This document shows positions 37,401 to 48,634 of a stretch of 64,000 nt of DNA, one piece after another (the stretch's first letter is position 1; each line of letters starts with the position of its first letter). The position numbers and the translations under genes were made by a program. Source of the stretch: Mustelus asterias (lineage: Eukaryota). Below the pieces are notes generated by a model. It did no database searches, was not told the DNA's origin, and saw only the letters and a list, made by a program, of their open reading frames with translations. The stretch lies in NCBI RefSeq assembly GCF_964213995.1, contig NW_027590137.1:372001-436000 (forward strand). The letters run 5' to 3'.

Positions 37401-38308
37401 CGCAAACCCTTCAGAATCATTGTCAGCTCCCTGGTTTGCAGCTGCGGGGCTTCTCCCTCCCTCCCTCCCTCCCGGGAACAGGCCCAGGTTAACGGCCCCA
37501 TCCTGGCTCAGCCACTGGAGGATGGTTCACATCAGAGGATGGGGGAGGGGGACAATAAATAAGAGGTTACACTTTGACCTCAAATCAATGAGGACTCTGA
37601 TCTCTGGGAAGGAAGGAAACCCTGGGAGGTGGGCGGGGAGGATTCACAAACACCCGCTGGAGGCCCCAACACCCCCAATAAGACCCATTGGTTTTATTGT
37701 CAGTCTGCAGACAGGAGCTGGAGAACTGAACCCAGACAGAGGAGAGGGAGGGAGAAAACTGGGAGTGGAGGAAAGAAATGGTAGAGATGGGTTTGGATTT
37801 CAGCCCAGGGAAGAGGGAGAGTGTGTGGGACGGAGATTTACAGATTTGGGGGAACAAGAGAGGAAAAAATGTTCCAGGCGAACTAGAATTGTCTGTTCAG
37901 AGTTTGTATCGTGTTCTGACAGTGATGACTTTTCTAAACTGTTTTTACAGGATATTGGAAGTGAAAGATTGGCAGACAGAAAATTCAAACCGGACATCAC
38001 ATCTGACAAAGTCATTCAGTTCCTTCGGAGCTGAATATCATTGGTCTTTGAATATAGAAAGAGAAATATTTGTCTGTTCTGCCTGTGGGCAAAGAAATTA
38101 AACATCACTGTGACTGGAAAAGCATCGAGACAAACACACACCCGAGTGAGAGTGTTCCAGTGAACCGACTGTGGAAAGAGCTTTAACCAGTTACACAGCC
38201 TGAAAAAACATCACAGTTCACAGCAGGGTGAAACTACGTGTATGTTGTGTGTGTGGATGAGGCTTGAACTGATCATCCAACCTGGAGAAACACAAGGACA
38301 CCCGCACC

Positions 38309-39289
38309 ATGGAGAAACCGTGGAAATGTGTGGATTGTGGGAAGGGATTCGGTTTCCCATCACAACTGGAAGTTCATCGGCGCAGTCACACTGGGGAGAG
38401 ACCGTTCACCTGCTCCGTCTGTGGGAAGGGATTCACCCATTCATACAACCTTCTGACTCACCAACGGGTTCACACTGGGGAGAGGCCGTTCACCTGCCCT
38501 GTGTGTGGGAAGGGATTCACTCGCTCATCCCACATTGTGACACACCAACTTGTTCACACTGATGAGAGAATGTTTACATGTTCTGACTGTGAGAAGAGTT
38601 TTAAATGCAAAAAGGATCTGCTGACACACCAACGAATTCACACTGGGGAGAGACCGTTCACCTGCTCTGTGTGTGGGAAAGGATTCATTCAGTCATCCCA
38701 CTTGCAGACACATCAACTTGTTCACTCTGATAACAAACTTTTTAATTGTTCCCACTGTGCGAAGAGCTTTAAAAATAAAAAGGATCTGCTAACGCACCAA
38801 TATGCTCACACTGGGGAGAGGCCATTCACCTGCTGTGTGTGTGGGAAGGGATTCAGCCGTCCATCTGCCCTATTGAACCACCAGAGAATTCACACTGGGG
38901 AGAGGCCCTTCACCTGCTCAGACTGTGGGAAGGGATTCACTCGTTCATCCAACTTATTGAATCACCAGCGAGTTCACACTGGGGAGAGGCCGTTCACCTG
39001 CTCTGTGTGTGGGAAGGGATTCAGTCAGTCATCCAACCTGCTGACACACCAGAAAGTTCACAGTGCGGAGAGGCCACTTACCTGCTCTGTCTGTGGGAAG
39101 GGATTTTCTCATTTATCTTATCTTCTGAAACACCAGCGAGTTCACACTGGGGAGAGGCCGTTCACCTGTAATGTCTGTGGAAAGGGATTTATTCAGTCAT
39201 CCCACCTGCTAACACACCAGCGAGTTCACAAACGACTGCAAGGTTTGGATTCTACTCTTAATGATGCTGTTAATCATATCCAGGACTGA
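38309..39289 (+). CDS. C2H2 zinc-finger protein, 11 fingers
   Basis: Intact ORF from ACCATGG; paralog of 57808..58956. Confidence 0.9.
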   Translation: MEKPWKCVDCGKGFGFPSQLEVHRRSHTGERPFTCSVCGKGFTHSYNLLTHQRVHTGERPFTCPVCGKGFTRSSHIVTHQLVHTDERMFTCSDCEKSFKCKKDLLTHQRIHTGERPFTCSVCGKGFIQSSHLQTHQLVHSDNKLFNCSHCAKSFKNKKDLLTHQYAHTGERPFTCCVCGKGFSRPSALLNHQRIHTGERPFTCSDCGKGFTRSSNLLNHQRVHTGERPFTCSVCGKGFSQSSNLLTHQKVHSAERPLTCSVCGKGFSHLSYLLKHQRVHTGERPFTCNVCGKGFIQSSHLLTHQRVHKRLQGLDSTLNDAVNHIQD

Positions 39290-39925
39290 ATCGTGTTCAC
39301 TCTGACAGTCTTCATCCGTTGAGGTTTAATATTCTGAATAAATATGAAATAGACCAGCTTTGTTTTTTAAAATTGTTGTAGATTTTTGTCTTTCCCACCT
39401 GACTGTTTAACATCACCAGGCTGGAGCTCAGAAAAGACAATCGGGGGTGGATCATATGGCAAACAGGACGCAGTCCTTCAGGGTCACAGAGGGACAAACA
39501 GCACTTTGCTCTTCCTCGTCTCTCTTCACGACAGCAAAGTACCCGTGTGGTTTAATCCTGAGATGTGCAAGAATCTCAGTCACTCCCTTCTATGTTTCAG
39601 CGCTCCTAGACCAGGAACAGAAGTTCCTTTACAACTGTGTTTAGAGTCAGGAAGAACAACAGTGAATGCTGGAAGCATGCTGCTAAATCAGAGATTGGTG
39701 CAAAACTGGGATCTGTTCCTGACTGAGAGTGAAATGGCAGGATTAGATTTCCAGACTGAAAATGCAGAAAAGTCTAAAATATTTTAATGTGTTTGTGTGT
39801 CAGTGCCAGTTTATTGAACAGAAACCAGCTCAAAATAAATTGGTTAAAGTCTGCATTAAAGTAGCAGCTGGAGAGTTCAAAGGAACCTGTTATCTGCTGG
39901 GACAATTAGACAACAATTTGATTCC

Positions 39926-39974
39926 CACTGAGACCCACAGTGAATGAGGCTCCCGCGGGCCTCATACAAAAAGT
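39926..39974 (+). pseudogene. 3' stub of a TCR V segment with an intact 23-RSS
   Basis: CA CTG AGA CC | CACAGTG (39936-39942), 23-nt spacer, ACAAAAAGT (39966-39974). The flank matches the V end GCG CTG AGC CC at 42391-42401. Confidence 0.8.
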
Positions 39975-40369
39975 GACGCAGACGTTTCAGGGTCAGAGAA
40001 AAAGAGTCGGATCTCAACGAAAATGCGCAGGAAATGAAGGCCACAATACAGCCCCAGCTGAATAATATTCCCCCACTGAGCTCAGCCATTGTCAGTGTTG
40101 TGAAATGTCACATTTGCCATCCTATTATTCCCGGATCAAATCCAACCATTCTCCGATCCCATCCGCACAAAATCTGCAGATTACCCCGGGTGAATAACTT
40201 CCTTAATCTGTACTTAGAAAAATTCTGGATTCGGTGCCTATCTGCCCGGCGACACATTTTAAAAGTGATCTATTATCAAATGCAGCCTCAGAATTGTTCC
40301 ATTTTCAAGTCCGTGGAGCAGAAATAATAACTGATTGAAATCAGAGCTTTTCTATTTGGGGAATAGAGG

Positions 40370-40820
40370 GGTACAGTGAAGATTTACTATGCTGATTCCT
40401 GGGATGGCAGCTCTGTCATATGAGGAGAGATTAAATCCGTTAGGATTATATTCACTGCGGTTTCGAATAGTGAGAGGGGGTCTCATAGAAACTTATAAAA
40501 TTCTAACAGGGTTCGACAGGGTAGATCCAGAAGACTGTTCCCAATGGTGGAATCCAGAACCATGGGTCATCTTTTGAAGATAAGGGAAAAACTGAGGTGA
40601 AGGGAAATTCCTTCATCCAGAGAGTGTTGAATGTATGGAATTCAATACCACCGAATGTAGTTGAGGCCAAAACGTTGTCTGATTTCAAGAAGAAATTTGA
40701 TATAGCTCTTGGGGCTAAAGGGGTCGAGGGGGAAGGAGGATCAGGATATTGAATTCCATGATCAGCTATGATTACGATGAATGGCGGAGAAGGCTCCTGC
40801 TTCTAGTTTCTATGTTATGA
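40370..40820 (+). mobile_element. CR1 3' fragment
   Basis: IPGMAALSYEERLNPLGLYSL...GLIETYKIL. Confidence 0.75.
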
Positions 40821-41800
40821 GTCCGTGAAATATTTCCTGGTGCAGAGTTGAGTGACTACTTATCCCCGGTATACTTACAGCACTAACTATTAATTATGTT
40901 GAGTCCTGGATGCTACTCATTAATCCCTGTACGTTAGGCTGCTGAATCATTGAATCCCGACAATGCAGGATGGAGCCTGTCCCGACAACAATCCCACCCA
41001 GGCCCTATCCCCGTAACCCACATATTTACCCTGCTATCCCCTGACACTTAGGGTAATTTTGCGTGGCCAATCCAGCAAACCTGCACAGTTTAGGAATGTG
41101 GAGGGAAACTGGAGCACCTGAGGAAACCCACGCAGACACGGTGAGAAAGTGCAAACTCCACAGAGACAGTGACCCGAGGCTGGAATCGAACCCGTGTCCC
41201 TGGGGCTGTGAGGCAACAATGCGAACCACTGCGCCACTGTGTCACCCATAAATGATTAAATTAGAAAAAAGGATCTGCCTTAAGAAAGATTGATGGACTG
41301 AGTTCTGAGGAAAGCGAGTTAACCAGTTAATGAGACAGAATAAGTGATGATGTGGGAGAGAGCAGAGAGAGAGCAAAGACTTTAGAAATAAGTTTACGGC
41401 CAGGGAAGGAATGTGATTGGAAAGTGCCAGCTATATTAAATCATTAACTAACAGTGATTGGTTCACTGGTTACGGGGCGGCATGATGCCACAATGGTCAG
41501 CGCTGCTGTCTCACAGTGTCAGGGACCCGGGTTCAATTCCGGCTTCGGATCACTTTCTGTCTGAGTTTGCATGTTCTCCCAGTGTCTACGTGGGTCCCCT
41601 TCGGGTTCTCCTGTTTCCTCCCACAGTCCAAAGATGTGCAGGTTAGGTTGATTGGCCATGCTAAATTGACCCGAGCGTCAGGGGATACGCAGGGTAAATA
41701 CATGGAGTTGCGGGAGTGGAGCCTGGGTGGTATTGTGACCGGTATAGACTCGATGGGGCGAATGGCCTCCTTCTGCACTGCAGGGATTTTATGATTCGCA

Positions 41801-41910
41801 GCTGACGTCAGCTCAGGGAGATGAGCCAATCGCAGCACTGAGAAACGCCTCCCTGTTTCTGAATACTTGAAGCTGCCTCTGATCTGAGTTCACTCTGTGA
41901 TATAAGACTA
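41801..41910 (+). promoter_or_regulatory. V-segment promoter (CRE, CCAAT, TATA)
   Basis: Palindromic GCTGACGTCAGC at 41801-41812, CCAAT at 41826, TATAAG at 41901 (63 nt before the ATG). Confidence 0.7.
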
Positions 41911-41963
41911 GAGGCAGCAACTTATTGTAAACATTGTCGCTGCTTACTGTCCAATCAGGAACC

Positions 41964-42401
41964 ATGTATCTCCTGTGTGCTTTACTGATAACAATGACCA
42001 CGCTGCCCGGTGAGTCTGAGCTCAGATCCTGAGTGTGTGTTTCATGGGTTATATTTGTTCACAGATTTCTCACACATTCTACATTTTGTTGCAGGAATCA
42101 ATGGCCAAGATTCAGTTTCCCAGGACCCGGCTGAATTAACGGTTCAGGAAGGATTGAACGTAATAGTGAATTGTAATTACACAACAACGGATGCTTTTCC
42201 AAATCTCTTCTGGTACATCCAGTATCCCGGGGAAGCTCCGAGATATTTACTGCAGAAATATAGCACGGGGGGCGGAGAAAAGTCTCCAGATTTCCCTGAC
42301 CGGTTTTCTGCTGATTTGGACAAGGACAAGAAAACAGTTCCTTTAAATATCACTGGGGTCCATGTCTCTGACTCTGCCGTGTATCACTGTGCGCTGAGCC
42401 C
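41964..42401 (+). CDS. TRAV: T-cell receptor alpha/delta-type variable gene segment (leader exon 41964-42009, intron 42010-42094, V exon 42095-42401)
   Basis: Leader MYLLCALLITMTTLP-G, then GTGAGT...TTTTGTTGCAG phase-1 intron. V exon INGQDSVSQ...VNCNY...LFWYIQYPGEAPRYLL...RFSADLD...VPLNI...SDSAVYHCALS has the canonical Cys/Trp/Cys. Alpha versus delta cannot be resolved by eye. Confidence 0.92.
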
Positions 42402-42440
42402 CACACTGCTACAGAGGCGCAGTGAGCCCGTACAAAAACC
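42402..42440 (+). other. V(D)J recombination signal sequence, 23-nt spacer
   Basis: CACACTG (42402-42408), 23 nt, then the consensus nonamer ACAAAAACC (42432-42440). Confidence 0.93.
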
Positions 42441-42636
42441 CGCAAAGGCACTCTCACCTCCTCTCACTGAATCAGATCTGTGACCTGGATTGTGAACTGT
42501 TAATACAAACAGAACAATTGTATAACGAAGAGTTAGTCCGAATGTTCTCATTCCATGGTGCTGAATGTGCCATTCTTGTTTAAACACTCTGCAATGCTGA
42601 GACTGGGAGAAGTGAACAACAGGGGGCAGCATTGCA

Positions 42637-43730
42637 GCTTCCATTTTACTATTATTCCTTCCAAAGTGGATAAGCTCACACTTACCAACGCTATACTCCA
42701 TCTGCCAGATCCTCGCCCACTCACTTAGCCTATCCAAATCTCTCTGCAGACTTACCGCATCCTCCACGCAATTCACTTTCCCACTCATCTTTGTGTCATC
42801 CGCAAACTTTGTTACCCAACACTCGGTCCCCTCCTCCAGATCGTCTATGCATATGGTAAATACTTGAGGCCCCAGCACCAATCCCTGTGGCACGCCACTA
42901 GTCACCAACTGCCAACCAGAAAAGCACCCATTTATTCCAACTCTCTGCTTCCTGTTAGATAGCCAATCCCCAATCCACGCTAACACTTTACCCCTAACTC
43001 CGTGCACCCTGATTTTCTGCAGCAACCTTTTGTGAGGCACCTTATCGAACGCCTTCTGGAAATCCAAAAACACCACATCCACTGGTTCCCCTCTGTCAAC
43101 CGCACTCGTTACATCAACATAAAAATCCAGTAAATTTGTCAAACACGACTTTCCCTTCATGAATCCATGCTGCGTCTGCTTGATCAAACCATTTTTTTCC
43201 AGGTGTCCTGCTATTTCTTCCTTAATGATGAATTCCAGCAATTTCCCAACTACGGACGTTAAGCTAACCGGCCTGTAGTTACCCGCCTTTTGTCTACCTC
43301 CTTTTTTAAACAGTGGCGTCACATTAGCTGTTTTCCAATCAGCCGGCACTTCCCCAGAGTCCAGCGTATTTTGATAAATTACAACCAACGCATCCTCTAT
43401 TACTTCTGCCATTTCTTTCAGTCCCCTGGGATGCATTCCATCCGGGCCCAGGGACTTGTCTACCTTTAGTCCCATTAGCCTCCCAAGCACTACCTCTTTA
43501 GTAATAGTAATCATTTTAAGGACCTCATCCCCTACAGTCCCATGACCGTCAATTTTCGGTAAGCTATTTGTGTCCTCTACCGTGAAGACTGATACAAAAA
43601 ACTTGTTTAAGGCCTCAGCCATTTCCTCGTTTCCCATTATTAAATCCCCCTTCTCATCTACTAAGGGTCCAACATTTACTTTAGCTACTCTTTTCCTTTT
43701 TATATATTTGTAAAAACTTTTACTATCTCT
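42637..43730 (-). mobile_element. CR1 RT fragment, truncated at both ends
   Basis: Middle of ORF 42384..43979: SKSFYKYIK...NYRPVSLTS...FADD...KCELIHFGRN. Confidence 0.88.
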
Positions 43731-43734
43731 CTGT

Positions 43735-43934
43735 CCCTCCCCCCCCCCTGGGCTTTGCCCCCCCCCCCCCCCCTGGGCTTTGCCCCCCCCCCCCCCGGCT
43801 TTGCCCCCCCCCCCGGGCTTTGCCCCCCCCCGGGCTTTGCCCCCCCCCCCCCGGGCTTTGCCCCCCCCGGGCTTTGCCCCCCCCGGGCATTGCCCCCCCC
43901 CCGAGCATTGCCCCCCCCCGAGCATTGCCCCCCC
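43735..43934. repeat. C-run minisatellite (C7-17 GGGCTTTG)n
   Basis: About 10 poly-C runs separated by GGGCTTTG, GGGCATTG or GAGCATTG. Confidence 0.85.
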
Positions 43935-44002
43935 AACCCACACATCCTGGGACACTAAGTGGCAATTGAGCATGGCCAATCAACCTAACCTGTACATCTT
44001 AT

Positions 44003-44159
44003 AAACAGTAAGAAGTCTCACAATACCAGGTTAAAGTCCAACAGGTTTATTTGATCGCACGAGCTTTCGGAGCACTGCTCCTTCATCAGGTGAATGGCCA
44101 CTCACCTGATGAACCTGGTGTTGTGTGCCCACCCCAGTCCAACGCCGACATCTCCACGT
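44003..44159. mobile_element. Penelope-like mini-insertion with a hammerhead motif on the minus strand
   Basis: CACGAGCTTTCGGAGCACTGCTCCTTCATCAGGTG; flanking CATCTTAT duplication (43995-44002, 44160-44167). Confidence 0.7.
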
Positions 44160-44898
44160 CATCTTATGGACTGCAGATTGATTCTCTGTAGAATCCTGTT
44201 CTTTCTCTCTATCAACATTCCTCTGCAAGTTTTATTTCCTTCAAGTACCCATCCAATTTCATTTTGAAATGATTGAATCTTCTGTTCCACCATCCTCATA
44301 GGCAGCGAGTTCTAGATCATGTGCTCTCCCTACCTAAATATAAATCTTCCTCAAATCCCTGCTCTACCACTACTCAAGTAATGTCCTGTATGTTACACTT
44401 TTATCCAGTATTATAGACATCTGTCTGGCAGCCTGCATGGAGATTTTCAGCTCCCTGTGTCCAGGACAGGAAGCCGTGAGCATGGATCTGTCAATCAGCC
44501 TCAATCAGCACCTTCAGGAGAATTGGGAGGGTGAATATTAGATACAGCAGAGTGAGAATTGAGGGAGAGTGTGTGGGATGGAGATTTACTGCGTTTGGGG
44601 AATGAGAGAGGAAAGAATGTTCCATAGAAACTAGAATTGTCTGTTCTGAATTTCTGTCCTGTACTGACACTGATGAATTTTGTAATCTCCTTTTGCAGGA
44701 TATCAGAAGGTGGGGATTTACAGACAGAAATCTCGAATCAAACGTCACATCAACATCTGACAGACATTTGATTGATTGGGACCCGAATATCATTGGCCTT
44801 TCAATCTTGAAGGAGAAATCTTTTAATGTTCTGTCTGCGTCAGAATTTTTTATAACATAAATGTGACTGGAAATACACCAAGACACAGACACACCTGA

Positions 44899-45006
<108 letters not shown>

Positions 45007-45056
45007 TGAGATTTAATTGACTGTTTAACCAGGAGGGTGACAAAGACACCTGCACC

Positions 45057-45380
45057 ATGGAGAAACCGTGGAAATGTGGGGACTGTGGGAAGGCATGTCA
45101 GTGCCCATCTGAGCTGGAAACCCATCGACGCAGCCACACCGGGGAGAGACCATTCACCTGCCTTGAGTGTAGGAAGTGTTTCACTCAGTCAAGCAACCTG
45201 CTGAGACACAAGCGAGTTCACACTGGGGAGAAACCGTACACTTGCTGTGTGTGTGGGAAGGGATTCACACATTCGTCCACCCTGCAGGATCACCAGCGGG
45301 TTCACACCGGGGAGAAGCCTGTCACCTGCTCCAAGTGCGGGAAGGGATTCAGTCGGTTATCAAACCTGCAGGAACACTAG
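45057..45380 (+). CDS. Short ZNF gene: 3 complete fingers, TAG in finger 4, a 5th finger following to 45479 (possible pseudogene)
   Basis: ACCATGG start; CAC TAG CGA GTT at 45375-45386; upstream mini-exon and intron 44531-44698. Confidence 0.75.
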   Translation: MEKPWKCGDCGKACQCPSELETHRRSHTGERPFTCLECRKCFTQSSNLLRHKRVHTGEKPYTCCVCGKGFTHSSTLQDHQRVHTGEKPVTCSKCGKGFSRLSNLQEH

Positions 45381-45476
<96 letters not shown>

Positions 45477-47285
45477 TGATGACAGGGGTTGGATTCTGTT
45501 TTATTGCTGCTGTTAATCACATCCAGGACTGAACCATGTTCATTCTGACAGTTGGTGAAGTGGGAGGGTCGGAGGGTTTCTTTCTGCTGGACTGGCCGGT
45601 CTCACGACTTTGCTTCTAGTTCGCTGATGCTCTTTGAGCCTGGGAGAGCACATTGCCACTGAAATGATCCACAAAAGCTGATGAAGGACATTTATTTTAT
45701 CCTGGATAGTAAATAGTGTTTTTCCTACCACTACAGGTAGATTTAAAATAAATACAGAAAGGACTGGAAAAACACAACACGTCTTGCAGCATCTGTGGAG
45801 AGAGAAACAGTGTTAATGTTTCACACTACTGGATTGGGAATCAATCTTGTAAACCTCCTCTGAACTGCTTCCAATGCATTTATATCCTTTGTTTAATAGG
45901 AGACAAAATTGTACCCTGTGTTCAAGGTGCAATCTCAGCAACGCCCTGCACAACTGAAGCATAACATCTTTACTTCTATGTTCAATTTCTCTCAGAATAA
46001 AGGATAACATTCCATTTATAAGAACTTTGATTTGTTTGAACTAAGATTTATGGGGGTTCTCTTGTTTACAATAACCTCCCCAATCGTAAATCACACCAGG
46101 TTCCAGTGACTTAATCATATGGCAAGAAAGAACACTTTAAATGGTGAATTCAGAAAGTTTATTAACCATTAAAAATGTAACGAGTCAGAAAGATAAAAAA
46201 GCAAAGTATCGATCAACAGCAAAAGGAGGAGAGCTTAACTTCAACTTCTCCATCCTTCTCAAACCAGGACATGAAGTGATGGCTCTGAAAACATGGATAA
46301 CTTGTAAAACTAACAGCTCTCAACGTCTCTCTGCGGGGCACAGTGTGAGGCACTGCTGCCTCACAGCAGAGGGTTCGAGTCCCGGCTTGGGTCACTGGCT
46401 GTGCGGAGTTCGCCCATTCTCCCCGTGTGTGTGCAGGTTTCCTCTGGGTGCTCCGGTTTCCTCCCACAGTCCGAAAGACGTGCTGGTTGGGTACATTGGC
46501 CATGCTAAATTCTTCCTCAGTTTACCCAAACAGGCACCAGAGTGTGGCGACTGGGGGATTATCAGAGTAACTTCATTGCAATGTTAATGTAAGTCTATGT
46601 GTGACACTAATAAACAAACTATAAAAAAAGTTAACTTTTAAAAACTTCTACCAGATTGGTTTCTCGAATCCCCTTTTTTATACTTTCAAAATGTAGAAAG
46701 CCATCCTCAGCTAATTGTTAGGAATTAGCCAATTGGTCTATAACTTGTCAATAATGAAATTGATTTGGTTTTTAGCTAATTGCACATATTGTCTTAATTT
46801 TAAGACATACCTTTCTCTCAAACGATATCTCTTAGCTTGGGGTAGCCCAAGTGTTGACCGATAATTGGTTCACATCAGTCATTCAATGTTGAGACATCTT
46901 GAACAGGAGCCGATTCATTCCCTCCAGTCAAGGTTAACAAGTCCTTTCATCTTTCTTTATTCTGTCAGCATGGGAAGGGAACATCTTATAATTCCCACAG
47001 CATTTTAACCATTCTTAAAGTGTTTATAATTCTAAAAGTTATAAACCTGTGTTCAAATTTATATTTCCAGCCTTTATAACATATGTATTAATGAATCATT
47101 TATTATTTAATTGTCTCACAATTAATGCTGTCTATTTAACTAATCTGGCTGCTTTCCAATTGTGGGAACTTCAGGCCACAAAAAAGGTAGTTAGAGTCGT
47201 AGAGGTTTACAGCATGGAAACAGGCCTTTCGGCCCAACTTGTCCATGCTGCCCAGTTTTTACCACTAAGCTAGTCCTAATTGCCC

Positions 47286-47436
47286 TGGAATATTACTCAT
47301 GATCTGTGCTTCCAAGCATTTTGAATGTGCATCTACAACAAGCAAAAACATGTGATTCATGAAAGGCCCCCCAAAGTCCACATGTAGTCTGGACCACGGC
47401 CTATCAGGCCACTCCCGAGGATGAAGTGGTAATGTA
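47286..47436 (-). mobile_element. Gypsy-type integrase fragment
   Basis: PLHPREWPDRPWSRLHVDFGGPFMNHMFLLVVDAHSK. Confidence 0.8.
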
Positions 47437-48148
47437 CCCAGTGTGTTGTGGGGAATGAACTCAGAAGAATCATTCAACACTCAAACCTGATTCAATCGAC
47501 AAACAGTTTATTGAGTTACGCCAGCGGGGAGAAGCCACAGGGGCTGACCATGTGCAACTCCACCCAATAAAGAATATCATCAATTCTTATCCAGTTACTC
47601 AGCCCATCCCGGCTGGACACAATCCAATCAGAATGGTGATCGATTACATACATTATAGGTTCAATAAAATTAGTATCTGGGCATTATGGGGCTTTGTGAT
47701 CATCTCATGGACAGATAGGTGCCCCCATCATGATGTTTTCCAGACCCCCTCGTCTACCATCCTTGGGGTTTTCTTTGTACATAGACTCAGTTTGAAAAGG
47801 GGTGGATTAAAAATTCTCAAATGGATGTCAGCACCCTTCCTTTGTTTCAATCTAATGACCACACGGTCTGGGAACATTTCTATTTAATAATCTCTCCTTT
47901 TAAACTCTGTTCTTCAGTATCCAATTCCAGAATTTTCCTTTTCATTGTGTTAATTGTGTCAGGATTAAATCTTTGGACCTGACAGGAAGTTTAACCCAAG
48001 ATCAATCCAACACAGGATTGGTCAGAATCGTTTCATATGTACCAAATTTTAAATAACTGAAGGGGGCGACCTTTATGCTTAATATCATGGATATTTTTAC
48101 GTGTGTATATCAAATTTATTTTAAAATATTGTCAACAGTTCACAGCAA

Positions 48149-48634
48149 TGCGATGACTCATGGAGAGGCTCCTTGCACCCCCTAATCACTTCAGACAGCC
48201 TTAATCACTTTAGACTCCAAGCAGGGAAACACAGACAATAGCTCAACTGATTAGATTATGCAAGAAGCTCAAATCACAAAGGGAGCTCTCCAGAAACAGA
48301 TCAGCCCAGGGGAAATGGGATCAGCTCCACCTATCTATAATGGCTGTTTTAATATCTCGCTATTGTGCCACTGCTTTGTGTTATGAGCTGGTACTGATCA
48401 TGTAACTTGTCGTAAATGTTGAACCTATTACCATATGTTTGGCATGAAGTTCAAAACCCTATAAACTGTAAAGCGCATAATGGCCAGGCAGAGCAGTTGA
48501 CGAGCAGCTGTCTCTCCCCAGGCCTGCGGTTTTGTTATTTTAAACAGAGAATAAAATTTGTGTTGCCTTTTTGTACTGTACTCATGTCTGCTTGTCTTTC
48601 ATGCTGGTAGGAAGTGAGAAAACTTCCCCTTACA
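48149..48634 (+). mobile_element. Possible solo LTR
   Basis: TG...CA ends, TATAAA near 48460, AATAAA near 48550; target-site duplication not convincing. Confidence 0.4.

Noticed and set aside
41512-41550. Other CACAGTG/CACTGTG heptamers (here, about 46339, and in SINE heads) as RSSs
   Set aside because: No nonamer at 12- or 23-nt spacing; they lie in SINE tRNA-like heads.
42010-42094. N-terminus of ORF 42010..42483 (MSLSSDPEC...)
   Set aside because: It starts at the GT splice donor and translates the intron; the real start is the leader ATG at 41964.
42384-43979. 531-aa ORF with a Gly-rich N-terminus, RT, and overlap with the V segment
   Set aside because: Chance read-through across a SINE remnant, the C-run repeat and a CR1 fragment; not a fusion gene.
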